A DNA stretch of 63,720 bases, filler included, from Folioceros fuciformis (taxonomy: Eukaryota), in assembly GCA_049999805.1 (NCBI GenBank). It is 13 parts of 13 records of this genome, joined end to end, with 100 filler letters (N's around TTAATTAATTAA, not from the genome) between each part and the next. Parts side by side here need not be neighbours in the genome. Positions count along the whole stretch, not along the records: positions 1 to 3,123 come from JBNGIO010001690.1; positions 3,224 to 10,762 come from JBNGIO010001691.1; positions 10,863 to 22,126 come from JBNGIO010001692.1; 10 more parts are not named here. One strand, written 5' to 3'. The translations under genes and the position numbers were made by a program. Position 1 is the first letter of the stretch; the number at the start of each line of letters is the position of its first letter. The notes beneath the pieces were generated by a model. The model was not told where the DNA came from. It worked only from the letters and a program-made list of their open reading frames with translations, and did not search any database. Below are positions 1 to 11,356 of this stretch, in pieces.

Positions 1-1317
1 CTCTTCACACTCCTTTCTATTGTACCTTTATATCTCTTCAGCTTGATCTTCCTCTTCTTTTTGCAAAGGGTTTTCATTGTTCTAGGGATTTTCATTGCTC
101 TAGGGTTTCTTTTGTTCAAAGGTTTCCATTGGTTCTAGGAGTTTCCTTTCTTGGGTGTGGGCACCCAAGAAAGGCTTTCAATACTGAAAACCTTTGTAGC
201 TACTTCAAAGCAAACACAAACTATTGGTTTATGTGGAGCATTTGGCCACAGGTGCATCTAGCTACAACTCCATGCCTATGCAATTTCTCCTATTTTGTAT
301 GTACTGTGTAGTCTCCCTCTTTGTTATGGTTCTCGTACAAAGAATTGGTCAATTGTGATTGAGTTTGCTGTTGTTGCACCACCCTGAACTACATAGCCTT
401 GCTCGACTCTTGTCAAATTGGGTGCTCTAGTTTTAAGATTCTTCACCTTTTTAACAGCTTCCTTTGACCATGTTCTTTAAAACATACTACAACCCACACC
501 TTCCTAACTGCTACTATCTTAGAATTACAATCATGAACCTTGCATGAGGCTAAAGTGGGTTAACCTCTAATACCTTAAGGTAAAACGATAATTTACAAAG
601 AGGTCATGTAGTCATCTCATGGGTGATTACCCAAGTAATGGGAATGTCATTCATAGAGAAGTACCCTTTATTGAAGCAACTTGATTGTGGTTAGCTCTTA
701 ATCAAATAGAGCTTTACTTATTTGAGCTCTACTTGGTCTTGTATGCAAATTTAGAGTTTCTTGACTAAGCACTTGTAGAAATCTCAACTTTTATTTTCCA
801 CAGTCCTACACTTTTAATTAGTTCATACTGAAGTTAGAGGATGTTTAAACAAAAAATTTTGAACTAATTATTACTTTATATATATCTAAATTATATAAAA
901 TATATTATTTTAAATTACGTTTTCTGTTAAGCACCCCTGGCTCGGCATACGGTGATGGCTTATTATTAATTAAATCCATGTACATACACAGGTCTATTCA
1001 GAACGCTCCAATGCCTGTACATACGGGTTCGTATATCCGTATATACAGTATGTATGTAGTGCACATCGTATGTGCAGTCGTAGTGTCGGAAAAGCGCGGC
1101 AGGTTGGTGGCGTGGCCCGCGCAAAAAGGCGTCCGCGCTTAGTGGGCGATCGAGAGCTCCTAGGATCGGATCGAATCACTCGCTCAGGCGGAAATGGATT
1201 CCATAAGTATGCCTTGGAGGCAGATCGAGCAACCAGTGTCTTGCTTCTGCCTGCGCTGCTCCGTCCTGGTGACCCGGTCGCTGTATCGTGTGCTTCCGAA
1301 GCAGGCACTGAAGCGCA

Positions 1318-3096
1318 ATGGATTCGTTGCTGAAGGGAGTCTTGGACATTGCGTTGGATGCGCTCAGGGGAGATGGTAATAAGGAGGACAGCAAAGGCGA
1401 GCAGCCACAGTCGTCGGATCGGGGCCAGACCTGGTCTCAGGTACTTGTTGCTTGAGAGCTGTGGAGTTTGCCGGACTCGTTCCTCGAGATCGATGTGGAT
1501 CGGAACGTACTGTTGCTTGGAGGATTTTGTTTCCTGGTTTTGCTGCTGATGGTAAGGTGTCTGGAGAGGAAGGGTGTGAGATCCGGTGTTCCTTTTGCAG
1601 GTTGCGGAAGGAAGGCAGGAGGAAGACGTTAGTTCCTGGAACGAGGAGAAGCAGAGACGTGGCCAACAGTCCGGCCAGGGGTCCTGGAGTGGGCAAGGCT
1701 ATGGTGGAGGACAGCGTCGCGAGGTTCGTGCCAGCCTGCATTTTGTTATTCCTTCTTCGTTTGTTGCCTAGCCCGTGTGTTGCATGCCGTAGTGCTCTGA
1801 AGCGCCTGGTGGTTTCAGCTGTAGTTTGGTGGTGACAAGAAAGTTTGATGTGAAGCAGGATGAAAGCGAGGGCGGATGGGAGACTGTCGGTGGGAACCGT
1901 CGTCAAGGGTACCAGCAGGTATGTGGTGAGGGTGTAGAGGGTGAAGTTTTGGTATTTGGGAGACCCTGCTCGCTATCCCGCTTCAGCTCTGCTGTTTGTG
2001 GCAGGTCCCTGACAACGTGAAGAACCAATACAGGCAGAATGTCAGTGAGCAGCATTACTCTGAATCTGTCTCCAATGTTAATGTTAAGCCAACGGAAGAT
2101 GAGCTCCAGGACCTGTCCAGAGCTGCCAGCCGTTTGTGGGACCTGGACACGAACCGTTTGAGTCCTGGTACCGAATACTCGATCAACGTGGGAGACGGGA
2201 AGCGAGTTGGTGACAGGCAGGACGCTGCTGACAACACCTTCTTCGCCCATGTAGACCAGAGTGTGTTCAGCAGGCCCACGTTTGCTCGCTTCTACGCTCT
2301 GATCAACAATTACAACCCTGATGAAGGATCCAAAGAGCAAGTGACGGAAGATGAGAGACAGGAGGAGCTGGCCTTCATTGAAGAAGTTAGTAGGACGGCT
2401 GTCTTCCAGTATGTATTCCGCTATCTGGCAGCCTCCGGAGTTGTCTCCAACAGCATCGAAGAGTTCAAGCAAGTTGTCCACAACCTTTGGTTCGGGCTTT
2501 ACGGGCGGGGAGGGACTCGTGATTGTTCCTCTGCCTTTGAGCACGTCTTCGTGGGAGAAGTGAAGAAGTCTGGGGAGGTGTCAGGGTTCCACAACTGGAT
2601 CACGGTAAATATCGATGTCTCTCCACCCCACCCCACCAAACTGCATGTGCAGTTGCTCTGTCGTTGTTGTTTTTGCTGAGGTCCATCTCTCTGAATACTG
2701 TGCAGTTGTACAGCGAGGAGGCCAAGGGGAGAGTGGACTATCGTGGTTTCATCTTTCCCAAGCGAGGATCGGACCAGGTTTGAGTTTCAGTCTAGCTACT
2801 CAGGCTATGTCGAGGCAGCTGCTGGATGCTTGTATACTGATATTGTTTTGTGTACGTTACAGCCTGACGCAGAAACCCAGGTGCTCACCATTCAGTTCGA
2901 ATGGAACGGTAAGCTGAAGCAGGTTTCAAGCACGCTGGTTGGAGTGAGCCCTGAATTTGAGCTGGCTCTCTACACGTTGTGCTTCTTTGTGGGCCAGGAG
3001 AATAATTGGGTAGAGTTGGGCCCATACAGGGTCAATGTGAAATGCTACCATCTAGGACAGGATAAGATCGGCTCTGTGTATCCGATAGCCGACTGA
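1318..3096 (+). CDS. Poly(U)-specific endoribonuclease (EndoU/XendoU family), 6 exons: 1318-1440, 1601-1723, 1859-1918, 2005-2604, 2706-2777, 2863-3096 (~403 aa)
   Basis: All five introns are GT-AG and phase 0, giving one open frame. N-terminus MDSLLKGVLDIAL...TWSQVAEG resembles plant EndoU proteins. Core motifs LWDLDTNRL, SSAFEHVFVGE, SGFHNW, VDYRGF, TIQFEWNG-LKQVSS and GVSPEFELALYTLCF include the expected His, His, Lys catalytic positions. Confidence 0.92.
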
Positions 3097-3123
3097 CACA
3101 TATTCATAGGATGTAGCTCGACG

Positions 3124-3223
3124 NNNNNNNNNNNNNNNNNNNNNNNNNNNNNNNNNNNNNNNNNNNNTTAATTAATTAANNNNNNNNNNNNNNNNNNNNN
3201 NNNNNNNNNNNNNNNNNNNNNNN
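3124..3223. other. Artificial contig linker N44-TTAATTAATTAA-N44 (first of 12; others at 10763, 22127, 26091, 30122, 36163, 42224, 45679, 48449, 50690, 55137, 62138; each 100 nt)
   Basis: Identical 100-nt spacer with stop codons in all six frames, seen 12 times. Confidence 0.98.
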
Positions 3224-3445
3224 AGTTTCACTTTTCTGCGAGCCAGACGGGGAGGGGAGGGGAGGAGAGGAGAAAGGGAAATCTGGGAGTCAGTGCGCAT
3301 CACAACCAAGCAAGCTTCACTTTTCTGCGAGCCCGGCGCGCTAGGAAGGACAAGGGGAAATCTGGGCGTTAGAGCGCATCGCAACTGAGAAAGCTTCACT
3401 TTTCTGCGAGCTCAGCGCCGAAGGAGGAGGAAGAAGAAATTGGAC
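3224..3445 (+). repeat. Three ~80-88 bp degenerate direct repeats upstream of the F-box gene
   Basis: AAGCTTCACTTTTCTGCGAGC core at ~3224, 3312 and 3391, each followed by a purine-rich tract and GAAAT(C/T)TGG. Confidence 0.75.
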
Positions 3446-3543
3446 TGTGCGTTTGCGGGAGCCTTCTATCTCACCTGCCAGACTTGTAAGGAAGGAGAAG
3501 ACGAATCGGGGAGCGTGTGACACCGAACATTGCCTTCTAGTAC

Positions 3544-5149
3544 ATGGCGGTGGATCAGGATTTCGCTATGGTCTCGCGCTCCGTGCCAAAGTTCAGCGTG
3601 AGTCACCGCAGAAGCTTCAAACCAGAGCGCGCAAAGAGCCATGCGGCGGCAGACGATTGTAGCGGCAGTCAGGACATGAAGCTGCCGGGGTCGAGCCAGG
3701 GGCAGGGTCCGGGAGACGTGTTCCTGCCGGAAGAGATCTGGAGCAAAATATTCGGCTTTCTCCCGGACTTTCAGTCGCGCTGCATCGCAAGGTGCGTTTG
3801 CCGGACGTGGAACTCGGTGCTCTCCGTGGATGGGCCTGCGGGGAGGCAGATGTGGGGGGAGCACTCGCCCGTTTTCTTTCTCGATCGAAACGGATCTGGC
3901 TCCGGCGCGGGGTCAGGCTCCAGCGCCGGCTCAATCTCGCTAGAGAGTGTCGGGTATAACATGCAGACGGAGAATTGGGAGCGGTTGCCGCCTTTCTCCA
4001 GGTCAGGGCGCGGGGGAAGAGTGGTATTCGTGTCAGGAGCAGGCGGGATCTTCTGCTTCGGGACATCGCTAGAAGACTTGTGCGTCACGCTCTGGAACCC
4101 GGCCACGGACTGGAGCGTGGAGCTCCCGGCGGTGAAGAATTTCGGTATGTACTACTGTCGGATGTATAAATGCAATCCCTTGCCGGCGCAGCATGTACGT
4201 AGCAGTAGCCCTGCGCGAATGAGCAGAAGGCGCGCGGATTTCACCATCTTTGCCGCCGGTCTGAAATCTCCCCGGGACTACTCCTCCACGGTTACCTCCG
4301 TCATGCTCTTCCGCTCGGGCTGGAGCGGCTGGGGCACCGAGTACTGCCTCCCAGATGGCTGCAACGTGCTGGTAGGGTCCGTCAACACGCCGGCCAACCC
4401 CGGCTTGCTCTACTGCTTGGTGGAGAAGTCCATCAACCTTCGCGCGGGGATGCATCTGCTAGCCCGCCAGCGCCTGGCCGTGTTCGATCTGGAGCAGGGC
4501 GGCTGGATTAGCAGCGAGGAGATCGCCTCCTCCAAGATCACCGTGGACGGGAAAGAATGCCTGTTGATCCCTAACTGCATCAGCGAGTGGCAGGGCCGCA
4601 TGTTCGGGACCGCGCAACTCCGCCAAGACACAAGTACGTATACACACGCTATCCAATTTGTTGTTGCTGTTGCATCGCTGCACCTTTCGTTCGTTGTTGC
4701 CTCCGCTTCCCACGGGCAGCGTTGTTGACTCGTCCTTCCTTGTCCGCGTCCGTTCAGCCGAGACGTATTTCATTCTGGAGCTGGTGCGCGACGGCGTCCA
4801 GGAAGCTGTGTGGAAGTGGCAGGTGCTGGGGCAAAACCCCTACAGAATCGCCGACATGTCCCGTCAGAGCTCAATTGCCACGCACGATGGCCGCATTGTT
4901 TTCACCCAGTCTTCGCAGTGTAATGCCAAGTGCGCGGTGGACTGCTCAGGCCTGAGAACGGTGTACGATATCAAGAGCGGGTCGTGGACGGACCTCCCGC
5001 ACTCCAGCATCACGCGCCTCACGGCGCATTCGCAGCTCAAGAAACTCAACATGGAGACCCTCAAACTGTGCAACGGCGTCTTCATGCCCAACCTGGAAGA
5101 TGGTCCCGCCAATTTTGCACGTGTGGCGAAACCACTGGAAAAAGTCTGA
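3544..5149 (+). CDS. F-box protein with a probable beta-propeller/kelch-like C-terminus; exons 3544-4633 and 4758-5149 (~493 aa; alternative start 3676)
   Basis: F-box motif LPEEIWSKIFGFLP...RCIARCVCRTWNSVL; repeats YNMQTENWERLP, LWNPATDWSVELP, VFDLEQGGW and VYDIKSGSWTDLP. A phase-1 GTACGT...TTCAG intron (4634-4757) joins ORFs 3544-4728 and 4658-5149 in frame. Confidence 0.85.
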
Positions 5150-5734
5150 CACTGCCGTGTCCGCAGATTGTCACGCCAACCCTACATTGATTCATGCGGA
5201 ACCTCCAACGCCTGTCAGTCACTAGCTTTTGTCTCTAACACCAACTTGTATTCGTTGTCTCTGGCTTCCTTGTACCATATTCCTTGGCCTTTACTGATGC
5301 ATGGCACGTGCGGATATTTTTGTCTTCTGTATTTTGAGCATATCGAAATTATTTGCGAATTTAATTGGGAGGAGGCCTTTACGCTTTCCCCACGGGCGGC
5401 GCCGTAGGGCTCTGTACAATATAACGGCTTCGTTTGTAAGAGAGATGTGTAGAACGCATCCACACCTTGAACGTGGCACAAAATTCTCATTCCATCCCAC
5501 TACTGATCAGCATTTTAATAGCTGTGATGATCGTGACACGGAGTTGTTGACAAATACCATCTCAATTCTGAATGCTAGCATGTTTCTGAAAATCATGAGT
5601 TCTGGACGGTGTGTTCCCTTCTTGTAGAAAGCAAAGGAAGGAATGCTAGTCGCTGAGTGGTTACACGGTACAAATCCTGAAAAGCATGGTACAAATGTGC
5701 GTGATAGGTGTGCAAAGTGTAGTTGCAGGAGTAA

Positions 5735-6110
5735 CGCTTTGAACAGCAAAAGCTGTTATGAAATGGCCGACCTTTGGAACAAAAGCTATCATGGAATGAC
5801 CTTGTGTACAAAGGTGGTATGGAGTGACTTTCGGGGCAAACATGTTACGCAATGACTTTCTGGGCAAACATGTTACGCAATGACTTTCCGGACAAACATA
5901 TTATGGAGTGACTTGGGACAAAGGTGTTATGGACTGACCTCTGGGATAAAGGGGCTATGGACTGACTTTTGGGACAAAGGTGTTATGGAGTGACCTTTGG
6001 GACAAATGTGCTATAGAGTGACATTTGAGACATAAGCTATTGTACCTTTAGTCTTTGGGAGAGAAGTTGTTCTTCCTTTGGCCTTTGGGACAGAAGTTGT
6101 TGTGCCCTCC
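5735..6110. repeat. 28-bp minisatellite (~12-13 degenerate copies, consensus about TGACTTTTGGGACAAAGGTGTTATGGAG)
   Basis: TGAC starts at 5797, 5825, 5853, 5881, 5909, 5935, 5963, 5991 and 6019. Confidence 0.9.
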
Positions 6111-6866
6111 ACAAAAAAGGCAAGGGACAAATTAGAATGAGAGGGAGGGGCTGAAAGATATTTGAGAGAAGACCAGGGCTTCGCTTATCTATACTGTTGA
6201 TGTTGAACAGCTAGTGTGATCTTCACATTTTCTTTGTGATCACTTACACATTTCTAGTCCATCTTCTACAAAGCTCACCTTTGTAACACTTGGAGTTGAG
6301 AAGTTAGTGTAGCTACATCCCTTCTAGTAGATATTCTCTTATGCTAAAGAACTTTACCTTAGCTGTAGAATAGTAGTTTCTGTTGGATGATTTTTCACCT
6401 TGGATAGTGGTATCAAATTGATGAATTGCCCACTGCATGAAATGTCGTCCCAAGATTCATCAGTTCACTCATCTTCTATTTTATAACCTCCAAATCCTAT
6501 GGTAAGCTCTATATGTTGAAAAAGAATAGTTACTATAGAAGTGGCTCAGAATTGACAGGCTAAGCTTATTAGAAGTTAGAATAGAACCCGTCCCCTTGGT
6601 GTTACTAGTTAAACAACAGGCATCTAGATCTGCAGGTTATGTTGGGTAGTGTGTGTTACTTGGCTTGGCTTGGCTATCTCTCTACAAATCCTAATTACGT
6701 GCAAGTCATGTCAAGTTGAAAATGATTCTATGGATTGGATTGGAATAGAAATTAATAAAATTGGGCTGGAAATTCGTAGCACGTCTGCGAATTCGTGAGC
6801 AATTGTGCTGGGCTCCTCAGCCACTTTGTTCGAGTTGAGTTGATTTGAAAGTGGACCATCGGAGTA

Positions 6867-7830
6867 GTGTACGATGCAAGAGTGAGCCGACTCTGCTGGG
6901 ACTCTGATGTTCGAGTTGACATGTGTTGCTATATAAAGGGGCTATGGAGTCGTATCGTGAGGCCACCGGTACCTCTTCCTGCTGCCACTTCGGGGACCGC
7001 AGACTTGGACTATCCCTGCATTGGATGGACCTTACGTGACAGCTGTTTGTGTGTCTACCCAGGAAGCTGCAGCGTTGTGCGCTGCAAGCAACCAACTAGA
7101 CAGGGAAGCGAAAATGTGAAGCAATTGGTATTAAAAAAGGATGGATCACTCCTACCCCGTCCATTCTCAGAATTCCCCGGCCCGGAGGCATGTGCAGACT
7201 GGTCCTGCCCTGCCTCCATCAGCCAAATTGAATGCTACATGAGTTGGGAGAGCTTCCGTGTTGTGGTCATGAGAGGAGGGCCCTGGATGTGTGCGTGGCG
7301 CGCCAGCGTCGCCAGAGGACGGTTGGAGTGGAGCCTACCTTTCGCACACACTCCTGCAGCTACTCGTCATGTGTGTAGCCGCAGTAGCTGGCACAACAAG
7401 GTGGGCCGCTGTAACTCCAACAGGGTCTTGTTACGAGGGAAAGCGCAGCAAACAAGAATCGGATTGGAACATCATGTGTTTGAAAATTGGACTCCAGGGC
7501 GCCCGAAATGTGCCCTCTTTCACAACCCCGTCACTCTGAGTCGCAAAGGTCGCCCTCAGCCACCGCCGCGCTTGTCGCCGTTTCTACTTGTCACCTCCGC
7601 GACGATGCTGAATTCGGACTGGCCTGGTTCACTTCTCACCAACGGCGGGTTCTGCGTGCAGAGGAGAGGCCGAGGGTTGGGGGACCTGTTGGAAGAACCT
7701 ACTGATCCACTGGGACGAGGTGAGGCAGTTTCGTACGGGCATTTCTGCCCGCACATGTAGAAAGCGAGCAAGCTCGAGCAGCGAGCTACAGTCCCGGCAC
7801 ACAAGATTGGCCAGTGTGGAGCTGGTGGAG
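6867..7830 (+). pseudogene. Possible highly diverged ARF/B3-like gene or pseudogene
   Basis: 297-aa ORF contains RGRLEWSLPFAHTPAATRHVCSRSSW...[14 protein letters not shown] (B3-like spacing) and NWTPG. A second frame encodes GWGTCWKNLLIHWDE followed by a GTGAGG donor (ARF-like). Judged by eye only. Confidence 0.25.
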
Positions 7831-8777
7831 GGGATCATCAAGCTCGATACGGAGTGGTGGCAGGGTTCTGTCCCCTTTACACCGTGATTGTTTTTGTGAA
7901 AAAGGTTAGGGACCTCTGAAGGGTTGCATGGCTAACTGAAGAACTTGCTCGGGTTTCATTTCAGGACAACAAGGATCGCAGTCGATCCAGTGAGAGTGTA
8001 CCGATCCGGAAATTTCAACAGACGTGTGATTCCCAACGCACTACAGTTGCATGCCTACAGAATACAACATGAGGACAGCCACATAACGTTATCCAGACAC
8101 CGGACACCCTACGCAAGGCTCAGAACAAGAAACCATGTTGACACACTGCGAGGTGCCATCGCGAGGATTGTCGACGCCACGACCAACTACCGCTAGCTTA
8201 TAACACTGCACGGGCATCCTCGACCACAGCTCACACGCGTAAGCATGAATCCGTATTAGGCAGAGGGACGACAGAGCTAGGTATATTCCTCGTGAGCGGT
8301 TTAGCTTTATGAGTTCGAAATTCTTGCCTAAATCGTGCAAGCCGCCATGGACCATGCAAATGACAAAAAAATGGTAAACGTAAAGGCGTGTTGAGCAAGG
8401 AGATGCATGATCCCCTACCCGCTTTAGCAACCATCGTCTTGCAGGTAGGAGGTGCATGAACCCTTGGCCCCTTTGCCCTCGAGCCCGTTCAGCCCTAGGG
8501 CTCTTCTAGCCCTACAAGCCCCTTTAGCAAATCACCATCTTGAAGATCGGAGGTGCATGAGCCCTTGGACTCTTAGCCGCTTTAGCAACCATTTTCTCGC
8601 AGGTAGGAGGTGCAGGTACTACGCCAGGACTCGGTCCTCTGGTGACGAGTGCTTCTTTGTGAGAAGCAGGAGGCAGGTGTGTGTTGGCTAAATTGAGTCG
8701 ATTTCCCATCTCCCTTGTGAGAGTTAACACGAATTCTTACAGCCCTTCAGCCCTTCATCCCTTCGTTACCTAGCAAC

Positions 8778-9551
8778 ATGGGAAGGAAGAAGATAGAAAT
8801 AGTGAAGATCGAGGATCCCACGGCTCGGCAAGTTACCTTCTCCAAGAGGCGGGCAGGATTGTTCAAGAAGGCCAATGAGCTCGCCATTTTGTGCGGTGCA
8901 GAGATTGCCATGGTGGCCTTCTCTGAAGGAGGGAAGTCTTTCACCTTCGGCAGCCCTCAAGTGGACTACGTGATCGACAAGCACGTGCACGATATCGAAC
9001 AACGCGAAGGAGATCCTCCCAACCAGGCCGACTACGTGGATCCCTCCAGAATTGAAGCGATGAAGGGCTTGGAGGACACTTACAACGCAATTAACGAGCA
9101 AATCGTTATTGAGAAGGCGAAGCAGGTTCAACTGATTGCAGAAAAGCAAAGGGCATCAGGGGCAAGTACTAGCGGCACGTCGGACCAGGCCCAGGCCCAG
9201 GCCCCGGCCCAGGCCCAGGCCCAGGACCAGGGCCAGGGCCAGCAGCTCATCGATATGCAATCCCGATTTTGGTGGAGAGATTTTGATGCAGAAGAAATTT
9301 CGGACGTCGAGACTTTGGAGAGCGCAATCAGACTGATGGCCGAGGAAGAAGAACACCTGTATCGACTCATTGAACTTGTTGAAAACGAGCTAGAGGAGCA
9401 GAAAGCTGAGCCGACAGTTGAGCGACAGAATTATGTGTTGGAAAACTCTAACATGTGTCAGGGCAATCATGCGCAGGCTAATCTCCAACATCCCTCCGGG
9501 TACGTACAGTATATATCCTGCGATCTTGTGGCTGCCTTGCTTTTCGTCTAA
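8778..9551 (+). CDS. Type I MADS-box transcription factor (M-alpha/AGL62-like); C-terminus may extend through further exons to ~10180
   Basis: [60 protein letters not shown]; no intron after the MADS box and no K-box; downstream FWW motif and helix typical of M-alpha; Gln-Ala repeat at ~9185-9243. Confidence 0.92.
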   Translation: MGRKKIEIVKIEDPTARQVTFSKRRAGLFKKANELAILCGAEIAMVAFSEGGKSFTFGSPQVDYVIDKHVHDIEQREGDPPNQADYVDPSRIEAMKGLEDTYNAINEQIVIEKAKQVQLIAEKQRASGASTSGTSDQAQAQAPAQAQAQDQGQGQQLIDMQSRFWWRDFDAEEISDVETLESAIRLMAEEEEHLYRLIELVENELEEQKAEPTVERQNYVLENSNMCQGNHAQANLQHPSGYVQYISCDLVAALLFV

Positions 9552-10862
9552 CACGGTGTGACACACAGGCTTGTGGCTGTGTTAATTGTTTCATCCAACT
9601 GGGTGTGACACGTGCTTGTGGCTGCCTTCTTTCCCGCCTTCTGACCCTGTAAGCCATCCTCTGAAGCATGCATGCGCGTGATCGGACAGGGACGCTTTGC
9701 ACGGTTTACAAGCTTACCAGGCTTCAGGGTCTAACGGTCCTGATTCAAACCCAAAGTTTGTGCAGCGGAATCATGCAATGAATCCGTCGGTACAAGGACC
9801 TTTCAACCTACAGGTCACGACTGACGTGAATCAAGTGAGTTTACCATGTGGGTACGACTCCGCTGCAGCAGGTACAGCCAATCTTGTAGCAGGTTCTTTG
9901 TTTCTGCTGCAGGCTTTTCCCAATTGTAGTCCGCGCAGTGTCATCTGATTTGATACAGCCACTCACTGATCAGGCTGGATGTCCGTCCCTCTCTTGTCCT
10001 CCACCAGATACAAACCCTTGTCAAGCTAGTCGGAAGGGGAAGGGCAAAGTGCCTGCAAGAGCTAGTCGGAAGGGGAAGGGCAAAGTGCAGCGCACTGCAG
10101 GTGACAACGATGGCGGGATCGTTCTGCTCAACGGGGATGGCGCTCCATCCGACATATCTAACTTAGCAAACCAGTCCTAGCTCTCGGATATGGCATACCA
10201 TCGGCGATAGAAGGGGCTCCCCATTTTGTTTTTTACCATCTTTCAGGGTATCCTTATGGATATTCTATGTGTGACGTTTTGGTACACATGCCTTGGTTAG
10301 AGCGGCTGTTGTTGTACCAAAGCTGTCACCTAGGCCCGGGCCGGCGCTGAGGCAGTACTGAGCGCCATGGCTCGGCTTTGGGGGTTGGCTCCCACCTCCA
10401 AGATTGGGCTAGGCACGGTCCAGTCGTAGACATAGTGCTAGATGCGTTGATAGTTTGGACCGGGCCAATGTTCAGAGCGAGACCTCTGTCCGCTGCGGAA
10501 TTTTGAGTCGGGATGGACGTCAGATGCACCACAGCAGATACTTTGGTGGTGTTGATGACGGAGTCGGGGGAGCCCCTGTAACAATATTTGGTATGCCATA
10601 ATCTGATCATAGCTCTTGTCACAATTTTGCTATGATGTCCTTGTCGTTCTACTTTGCTGTGATGTACTTGCGTCATGTAACTTAGTTAGGGGAGACTTGC
10701 AGGGTCTGACTTGCGACGAGAACTTGGTTCTACAACACCCTGCAACGAGAACTTGGTTCTACNNNNNNNNNNNNNNNNNNNNNNNNNNNNNNNNNNNNNN
10801 NNNNNNTTAATTAATTAANNNNNNNNNNNNNNNNNNNNNNNNNNNNNNNNNNNNNNNNNNNN

Positions 10863-11356
10863 AGCTGACAGGGCCTTGTCGCCCTTCTCCTCACTTCCTG
10901 CACACACCGATATGAGAGTTAGCTGCCGGGACGCTTGCTGCCGATCTCCCTCCAAGCTGCTCCAACTTCTCGTAGATGCTGTAGCTTCTGGTGTGCACTC
11001 TTGCTGCCTCTTGCAGCACCTCCTACGCCGATCTTGCACCGCCTGCACCGGGCTCTGATTCCATGTCAATAGGATCGACTCCAATCTACGTGCAAGTGTA
11101 GGAGAGGAGAGGAGAGAAGAGAGGGTGGTATTGGTGATCACAACCATGAAAACAATACACATCACCACTGTCTTACTATGGAGGTCCGAGGTCTCCATTT
11201 AAGTAGTACATTTAGGGCTATACAACTTCCAGGTTCAATATGGGATAATCTACACTATCCTAAGTTCACTAATAACTAGAACTAGTCTAGTATGAACCCA
11301 ACTGGGATAACTAACACCACATGAGTTTAGCTCATATAGAGCTCGATAACTCAACA
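10863..11356 (-). mobile_element. 5' end of an LTR retrotransposon: LTR 11064-11356, mutated tRNA-Met PBS 11052-11063
   Basis: GCTCTGATTCCA (reverse complement of TGGAATCAGAGC) abuts TGTCAA...TCAACA (293 bp). Confidence 0.65.

Noticed and set aside
200-360. Minus-strand YTVH...ARCTCG as a SWIM zinc-finger remnant
   Set aside because: Too short and interrupted; the second C-x-H half is absent.
4634-4757. Frameshift or pseudogenisation of the F-box gene
   Set aside because: A canonical GT-AG intron restores the frame.
5735-6110. 28-bp and 38-bp (45247-45500) arrays as CRISPR-like arrays
   Set aside because: Units are head-to-tail with no unique spacers, there are no cas genes, and the context is eukaryotic; ordinary minisatellites.
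7255-7295. VVMRGGPWM as a LINE ORF1 (DUF4283) motif
   Set aside because: No downstream W.....LP motif, CCHC knuckle, endonuclease or RT was seen.
1318-10180. EndoU + F-box + MADS as a functional cluster
   Set aside because: EndoU is on a separate contig, and there is no evidence of functional linkage among the rest.
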